12,239 nt of DNA from Armatimonadota bacterium (lineage in GTDB: Bacteria; Armatimonadota; Fimbriimonadia; Fimbriimonadales; GBS-DC), in contig JBBIML010000036.1 of NCBI GenBank assembly GCA_037444405.1, positions 1-12,239 on the forward strand, read 5' to 3'. Positions 7,649 through 12,239 of this stretch are shown here, in pieces. A program made the position numbers and the translations under genes. The notes under the pieces are model-generated. The model was not told where the DNA came from, ran no database searches, and saw only the letters and a program-made list of their open reading frames with translations. Numbering within the stretch: position 1 is the stretch's first letter; each line of letters starts with the position of its first letter.

Positions 7649-8226
7649 GTTTCCATTCGCTGAATCTGCTATCGGAGTGGGCGGGTCGGCGGCGGCGCGA
7701 GATTCGTCAGGCGCAGCTGTGGCTGAGCGTGCTGATGGTGAGCCTGCTGATGGCGGTCGCTGGCACGCTCTATCTGCTCCATCAGTTGCCTGAAGCGGCT
7801 CGCCAGCGGGCGCACTGGCAGCGCCAGCTGGAGCGGGTTCAATCGGCGCAGGTGGCACCACCCGCGCCGCCGTTCCCCGAAGAGAAGTTGACCCACGCCC
7901 GCCTGCGCACGCTGGAGTTCAATCTGATCCTGATGGCAATCACGCGCCTGCTGCCCCGCGCCGCCAGCCTGCAGGAGGCAACCGTCACCCATCAGCCCGA
8001 TATGGGGCTGACCATCACTCTGCGCGGCAGCACGCAGGGCTTCGAACCCGTGCGCCTCTACACGGAACGCCTGCGCAACACGGGGCTGTTCTCGGATGTA
8101 ACGCCCCTCTCCGTCACCCGCGCCACCGACACGCAGAAGCGGAGCCAGTTCGAGATTCGTCTGGTCGTGCCCGTTGCCTCCGAGCAGCCGTCCGCGCCGC
8201 CCACAGAAGGGGGTGAGAACCCGTGA
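7645..8226 (+). CDS. pilN: PilN-like inner-membrane assembly protein
   Basis: 193 aa. N-terminal LNLLS (variant of the PilM-binding INLLP motif), basic stretch, single TM helix, coiled region, ferredoxin-like core (ITLRG, YTERLRNTGLFSDV, FEI). ATGA overlap with pilM. Confidence 0.75.
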   Translation: MSFHSLNLLSEWAGRRRREIRQAQLWLSVLMVSLLMAVAGTLYLLHQLPEAARQRAHWQRQLERVQSAQVAPPAPPFPEEKLTHARLRTLEFNLILMAITRLLPRAASLQEATVTHQPDMGLTITLRGSTQGFEPVRLYTERLRNTGLFSDVTPLSVTRATDTQKRSQFEIRLVVPVASEQPSAPPTEGGENP

Positions 8227-8816
8227 ATCGGGCGCTCACGCGCTTCTGGGCGCAGCTGGTGCTGGCGCCGCAGCGACTGCGCCAGCTGCAGATGATCGCG
8301 ATTGGCTGCGCGGTCGCCTCCACGCTCCTGCTCGGCGTCGGCTTTGTGCAGCTGAACCGTATCCGCGCGGAAGCCGATTCGTACCGGGCGGAGGCGCTGG
8401 CGCCAGCAGAACAGGATCAACTGCCCCCTGAACAGCAGGAGCGGCTCAAAGAGATTCAACAGATTGCCGCCACGCTCACCAGCACGCCCAACGCGCAGGC
8501 GTTCGCCATCAGCCGGTTGAGCCAGATTGCGCAGCGGCAGGGGCTGACACTCACGGGCGTGGAGACCGCCGACGCGCCCGACAGCGCTGGTCAGGGCGCC
8601 AGCAATAGCGAGTGGCATGCCCGCCTGTTGCGCTTTCGCGTCAGTGGCCCCAGCCAGCAGGTGCTGCGCTGGCTGCAGAGCCTCGAAGCCGTGCCGCTGG
8701 TCATCAAGCTCACCGGCGTGCAGATTTCTGCCGATATTAACGCCAGAGGGAACGTGAATGCAGTCGTGGAAATGGAGCTGCTGTTGCCACCCTCACGCGG
8801 AGGTGCATCCCCATGA
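8223..8816 (+). CDS. pilO: PilO/GspM-like inner-membrane assembly protein
   Basis: 197 aa. GTGA overlap. One TM helix, then LSQIAQRQGLTL, FRVSG...QVLRWLQSLE..P.VI.LTGVQI, typical of the PilO/GspM ferredoxin-like domain. Position between pilN and the secretin. Confidence 0.75.
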   Translation: MNRALTRFWAQLVLAPQRLRQLQMIAIGCAVASTLLLGVGFVQLNRIRAEADSYRAEALAPAEQDQLPPEQQERLKEIQQIAATLTSTPNAQAFAISRLSQIAQRQGLTLTGVETADAPDSAGQGASNSEWHARLLRFRVSGPSQQVLRWLQSLEAVPLVIKLTGVQISADINARGNVNAVVEMELLLPPSRGGASP

Positions 8817-9466
8817 AGCGACCGAATCGCCAGACTTTGCTGATAGCGGGTGCGGGGCTGGGACTGATGCTGATGCTCTTCAGCCTGCTGTCGGGTTCGG
8901 GCGGGGATTCAGCAGAACCGTCCCCGCCTGCGCCAGAGCGGGCAGCGCCATCGGCGGATCAGCCTGCCCTCCAGAACGAGTCGGCTGCTCCTGCCACCCC
9001 CGAGTTCTATCAGCGCGTGCGCCAGCAGCTGATGGCGGTCGTCCCTGAACATCAGGAGCCATTCGTGCCGACGGAGCGCGCCGCCCTGCAAGCCGATTCT
9101 TCGGGCAACCAGCCCGCATCGTCGGTGAACCCGCTGCCGGTGCCGCCGTTCAGCCCGCAATTTGCGCTGGTGCAAGCGGAGGCGCCCTCCGACGGTTCCA
9201 CGAAGGAGCCGCCCCCAGCCACCGATTCGGCATCTCCCGCAAAGGCGGATTCAAGTGAGCCACCCAATACAACGGCGCGGCTGCGCGGGCGGATTTACGA
9301 CCGTGCGAACGGCAAACTCACCGTGCTGTTTGAGCTGAACGGCACGCTCCTGCGTGCCACGAACGAACCCGATAGCGAATGGCGCATCATCAAAGCTGAG
9401 CCGCGCCAGATTACCCTGCGTAATGGCAATCGCACGCTTGTGCTGGAGGTCCCCTATGCGCCCTGA
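8813..9466 (+). CDS. PilP/GspC-like connector (N-terminal TM, Pro/Ser-rich linker, small beta domain)
   Basis: 217 aa. ATGA overlap. Hydrophobic N-terminal helix, EPF motif similar to the PilP DPF motif, C-terminal LRGRI...WRIIKAEPRQITLR....LVL resembling the PilP/GspC HR domain. Occupies the pilP slot. Confidence 0.55.
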   Translation: MKRPNRQTLLIAGAGLGLMLMLFSLLSGSGGDSAEPSPPAPERAAPSADQPALQNESAAPATPEFYQRVRQQLMAVVPEHQEPFVPTERAALQADSSGNQPASSVNPLPVPPFSPQFALVQAEAPSDGSTKEPPPATDSASPAKADSSEPPNTTARLRGRIYDRANGKLTVLFELNGTLLRATNEPDSEWRIIKAEPRQITLRNGNRTLVLEVPYAP

Positions 9467-10859
9467 ACGAATGGCAGGTGGCATGTTGAGCCGTTTTCGC
9501 TGGATTGTGAGCCTTGCGATCGCGCTTGGGAGCGCGCCTTTGCTGGCGCATGCCCAGCTCGATCTGGAGCTGGACGGCATCCCGCTGGGCGTCGCGTTGC
9601 AGATTATCGCGCGTCAGGCGAATGTGAACCTGATGCTGGCAGGAGGTGACGATCTCAAGGTCACGGCGCATCTCAAGCAGGTGACGGTGGAGCAGGCGCT
9701 GGAGGTGATTTTGCGTCCGCTGGGGCTGGCGTTCCGCAAGGTGCAGGGCTGCTATGTGGTGGGCAAGCCGGAGCAGTTAGCCATCTGGGACGCGCCTGCC
9801 ACCTCCAGCACGCCCACCCAGCAGGCGACGCCCATCGTGGAGATTTACACCGTGCGCTTCGTGGACCCGCAGGCGCTCCTGCAGACGCTGAGCCAGCTCC
9901 ATCCCGATGTGAAGGTTCTGCCGGGCGTGCCCTCACTCGCGCCCACGATTGGAGGCGGCATCAGCCAGAGCGCGCCTTCAGCACCCACTCTTAGCGAATC
10001 GACTGCAACGGGCGCCAGCACGGGCGAAGCGACCGCGCAGGGCACTTCAGCGACGGCGAGCTTAGCAACGGTGCGCACGCTCCTGCTCTACGGGTTGCCC
10101 GCAGGCGTGCAGGCGGCACTGGAGACGGCGCAACGGCTCGATCAACCTCCGATCCAGATACGAATCGAGGTGATAGTGTCCGACATTGCCCGCTCGTCGC
10201 TGAAGGAGCTGGGGCTGGATTATAACTGGAGCAAGTTCGGCGTGCAGGAGATTGTGCGCCCTGATGAACAGGCTTCAATCACGAACCAGACGCCACTGAC
10301 CCCACCCGACAAGAGCCGATTCTGGCGCACGCCCATCAGCATCGAGGCGACGCTGAAGGCGATGGAGCAGCGCGGGCTGGCGAAACTGCTGGCGAACCCC
10401 AGCGTGTCGGTGCTGAACGGTGAAACGGCGCATGTGCTGATCGGCGACCGCATTCTCTACCCGGTGGTGTCGGGCACCACCACGGCGGGCACGCCGCTGT
10501 TCGATGTGCGCCAGCAGGAGGTCGGGATCGTGCTGCAGGTGCGCGCCTACGCCGAGCCGGGCGGCACCATCACGCTGGACATCTATCCGCAGGTGAGCCT
10601 CATCACGGGCTTTTTGCGCGTGGGCGACAGCAGCTTCCCCCAGATTTCCACGCGCGAGCTGCGCACCAAGATTCGCGTGCGCGACGGCGCCCAGATCGCG
10701 CTCGGCGGACTGCTGCGCGAGGAAGAGACCCGCACGCTGCAACAGGTGCCCATCCTGTCGCAGATTCCCGTGCTGGGCGAGCTGTTCAAAAGCCGTCGCC
10801 GCTCCACCACCCAGAACGAGCTGGTCATCTTCCTCAAGCCCGAAATCATTCGGGAGTGA
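9456..10859 (+). CDS. Outer-membrane secretin (PilQ/GspD family) with N0/STN-like and N3 domains
   Basis: SD GGAGGT at 9445-9450 supports ATG 9456 (467 aa) rather than track start 9354. Signal peptide ending AHA|Q. LD.P..QIRIEV, KELGLD, LLANPSV.VLNGETA, VGIVLQV, T.IRVRDG..IALGGL and VPILSQIPVLGELF....ELVIFLKP.II are secretin signatures. Confidence 0.95.
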   Translation: MRPERMAGGMLSRFRWIVSLAIALGSAPLLAHAQLDLELDGIPLGVALQIIARQANVNLMLAGGDDLKVTAHLKQVTVEQALEVILRPLGLAFRKVQGCYVVGKPEQLAIWDAPATSSTPTQQATPIVEIYTVRFVDPQALLQTLSQLHPDVKVLPGVPSLAPTIGGGISQSAPSAPTLSESTATGASTGEATAQGTSATASLATVRTLLLYGLPAGVQAALETAQRLDQPPIQIRIEVIVSDIARSSLKELGLDYNWSKFGVQEIVRPDEQASITNQTPLTPPDKSRFWRTPISIEATLKAMEQRGLAKLLANPSVSVLNGETAHVLIGDRILYPVVSGTTTAGTPLFDVRQQEVGIVLQVRAYAEPGGTITLDIYPQVSLITGFLRVGDSSFPQISTRELRTKIRVRDGAQIALGGLLREEETRTLQQVPILSQIPVLGELFKSRRRSTTQNELVIFLKPEIIRE

Positions 10860-10928
10860 GAGCAGGCAACCAAACCCAACCGTGGTCGCAGGCGCATCTG
10901 CTTATGTATCCGATCGTACGGTGAAGAT

Positions 10929-12008
10929 TCACCACCAGGCTACAAAAGTTGGGCGCTCCCCAGACAGCCGCCTCTGGAGATAGGCGCGTGCCTCTTGAGC
11001 TATAAATTCATCAGGGACGGCTGCGAACTGCTCCAAGACAGCAACGGCTGATGGGGCATCGATGGCCGCCAATACTTTTAGCAACAGACTGCTCCCAACA
11101 CGCTTCGGAGGGCTTGATGTAACCAGCATCTCCAGACTGGCGCGAATAACGGGAACGGCTTGCTCGCCACAGTCTGAAAGCGCTTGCATCAGGTAGCCGT
11201 CCTCCATCCTTTCAACCTCCTTCCCAACCAGTTGATCCACCAGCCACTGGATGCGTTCCTTAGCAGGACGCTGTCCTATCTGAATGCGAACCCAGAGTGC
11301 ATAGTCCTTCTCCAGATGCGCAGTAATGGGTTTGAAAACTTGAAAGGCGTCTTTGATGCCGCTGGCACAAGCATCGGCTGCCATCTCGGCTAACTGCCGC
11401 AGTGCCCAGATGGCGCGCGGCGCATAGAGGATATTATCGGGAGGCCATTGCTGGCATGAATGGGAGTATTGCTCAAGAATAATCCCCACCTCATCCATCG
11501 AAACCCCGGCTAACTTCAAAAAATGGCTGACCTTCTCTTGCCAGTCGGCGGTTGTGCGCGGGTTGGGTCTCCGATGCTCCACCTGAATACGGGCGATCAC
11601 GACGGGAAGCAGCTCCTTCTTGAAGTAGGGGTCTAAAAGAGGCTCTACCTCCTGCAGCAGTGGGAGAGCTGCAGGGTCCCCAATTCGTGCCAGTGCCAGC
11701 AGGGTCGCAGCTTGTAGATAGAAGCGAGCCCGGCGTACTGAGGGAACATTCTGCGCCGCTTGAAGCACATCAGGGCGCAGGACACTTATCAGGGTTCGAA
11801 TTTGAGCGCGCTGTTTTTCCAGCCTCGCTTGTCGGATAGCCGTGACTAATTGGTCATACTCTCTCACATCAGTTTGTAATATCAGAGGATTTTGTAGAGC
11901 CGATGGTACCTTGGTTTTTGAGGGAGCTTGAGCAACAGCTCTGTTCATCAGGCAGAAGAGAGCTACCAATAGCGCAAGACTCAACCACTGTCGTGCCTTG
12001 TTTCGCAT
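10929..12008 (-). CDS. Exported hypothetical alpha-helical protein with HEAT-like repeats
   Basis: SD GGAGGTG at 12021-12015 supports ATG 12008 (or 12014). Signal peptide ending AVA|Q. HEAT-like segments ALARIGDPAALPLL, ALSDCGEQAVPVI and VLAAIDAPSAVAVL. Visibly lower GC than the upstream genes. Confidence 0.7.
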   Translation of the reverse strand: MRNKARQWLSLALLVALFCLMNRAVAQAPSKTKVPSALQNPLILQTDVREYDQLVTAIRQARLEKQRAQIRTLISVLRPDVLQAAQNVPSVRRARFYLQAATLLALARIGDPAALPLLQEVEPLLDPYFKKELLPVVIARIQVEHRRPNPRTTADWQEKVSHFLKLAGVSMDEVGIILEQYSHSCQQWPPDNILYAPRAIWALRQLAEMAADACASGIKDAFQVFKPITAHLEKDYALWVRIQIGQRPAKERIQWLVDQLVGKEVERMEDGYLMQALSDCGEQAVPVIRASLEMLVTSSPPKRVGSSLLLKVLAAIDAPSAVAVLEQFAAVPDEFIAQEARAYLQRRLSGERPTFVAWW

Positions 12009-12013
12009 GGTCA

Positions 12014-12124
12014 TCACCTCCAGAGCGCTGCTATGGGCACTGGCATGGTGGATAAGCTCCACAAGTGGGCAGCTGCGTTAGTAAATCGCTTCGGCTCGGT
12101 TGATTGGTTCCAGATTGCCTTCAT
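12014..12124 (-). pseudogene. 36-codon ORF with a strong RBS; small protein or internally deleted remnant of a partner gene
   Basis: GAGGAGGAG at 12135-12127 precedes ATG 12124. Reads MKAIWNQSTEPKRFTNAAAHLWSLSTMPVPIAALWR*. The stop overlaps the in-frame ATG 12014 of the next gene (TGATG). Confidence 0.3.
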
Positions 12125-12239
12125 TGCTCCTCCTCAGTTTCCGATTGGTCTGGAATGCCCGCTTCAGGATATTACTATTATTAGCGACGCAGGACGCCCT
12201 TTTGTTGCCAGCGATTCCGAAAAACGCCCGCCCTAACGC

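Noticed and set aside
9354..9455. Track-predicted N-terminal extension of the secretin
   Set aside because: It would overlap the upstream gene by over 100 nt and bury the signal peptide; ATG 9456 has a good SD.
12015..12062. Track-predicted N-terminal extension (MELIHH…) of the HEAT-like protein
   Set aside because: The SD at 12021-12015 and signal-peptide position favour a start at 12008 or 12014.
12181..12208. Third ECF-like promoter on the minus strand (GCAAC-N17-CGCTAA)
   Set aside because: The -10 only loosely resembles CGTCTAA and the adjacent AT-rich run could equally be a housekeeping -10. Too ambiguous to call.
12033..12239. Plus-strand 67-aa ORF and the minus-strand open frame 12239-12078
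   Set aside because: Short, no recognisable motifs, and both overlap the AT-rich promoter/RBS region of the minus-strand cassette. The minus-strand frame cannot be fully excluded without the flank.

Overview
GC-rich bacterial window (roughly two-thirds GC by eye) with two divergent transcription units separated by about 125 bp at 3481-3606. Leftward: a secreted VIT+VWA (inter-alpha-trypsin-inhibitor-like) protein and an ApgM-type cofactor-independent phosphoglycerate mutase family gene. Rightward: three exported envelope proteins (CsgG/FlgO-like domain plus SLH-like repeats; FlgT-N/LPP20-like; LPP20-like), then a tightly coupled pilM-pilN-pilO-pilP/gspC-like-secretin cluster. A lower-GC, convergent exported alpha-helical (HEAT-like) protein and a possible decayed partner gene close the window. 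Main non-annotated signals: (i) back-to-back ECF-sigma-type promoter motifs sharing the -10 element CGTCTAA, one facing each unit; (ii) an FlgO/FlgT/FlgP-like triad with SLH anchoring in front of a secretin operon whose secretin lacks AMIN domains; (iii) GTAG-type REP palindromes at the left edge and just before pilM, the latter with a duplicated arm. A secretin plus SLH domains suggests a diderm Terrabacteria-type host (e.g. Armatimonadota), but that is inference only. All domain calls come from motif recognition, not database searches.
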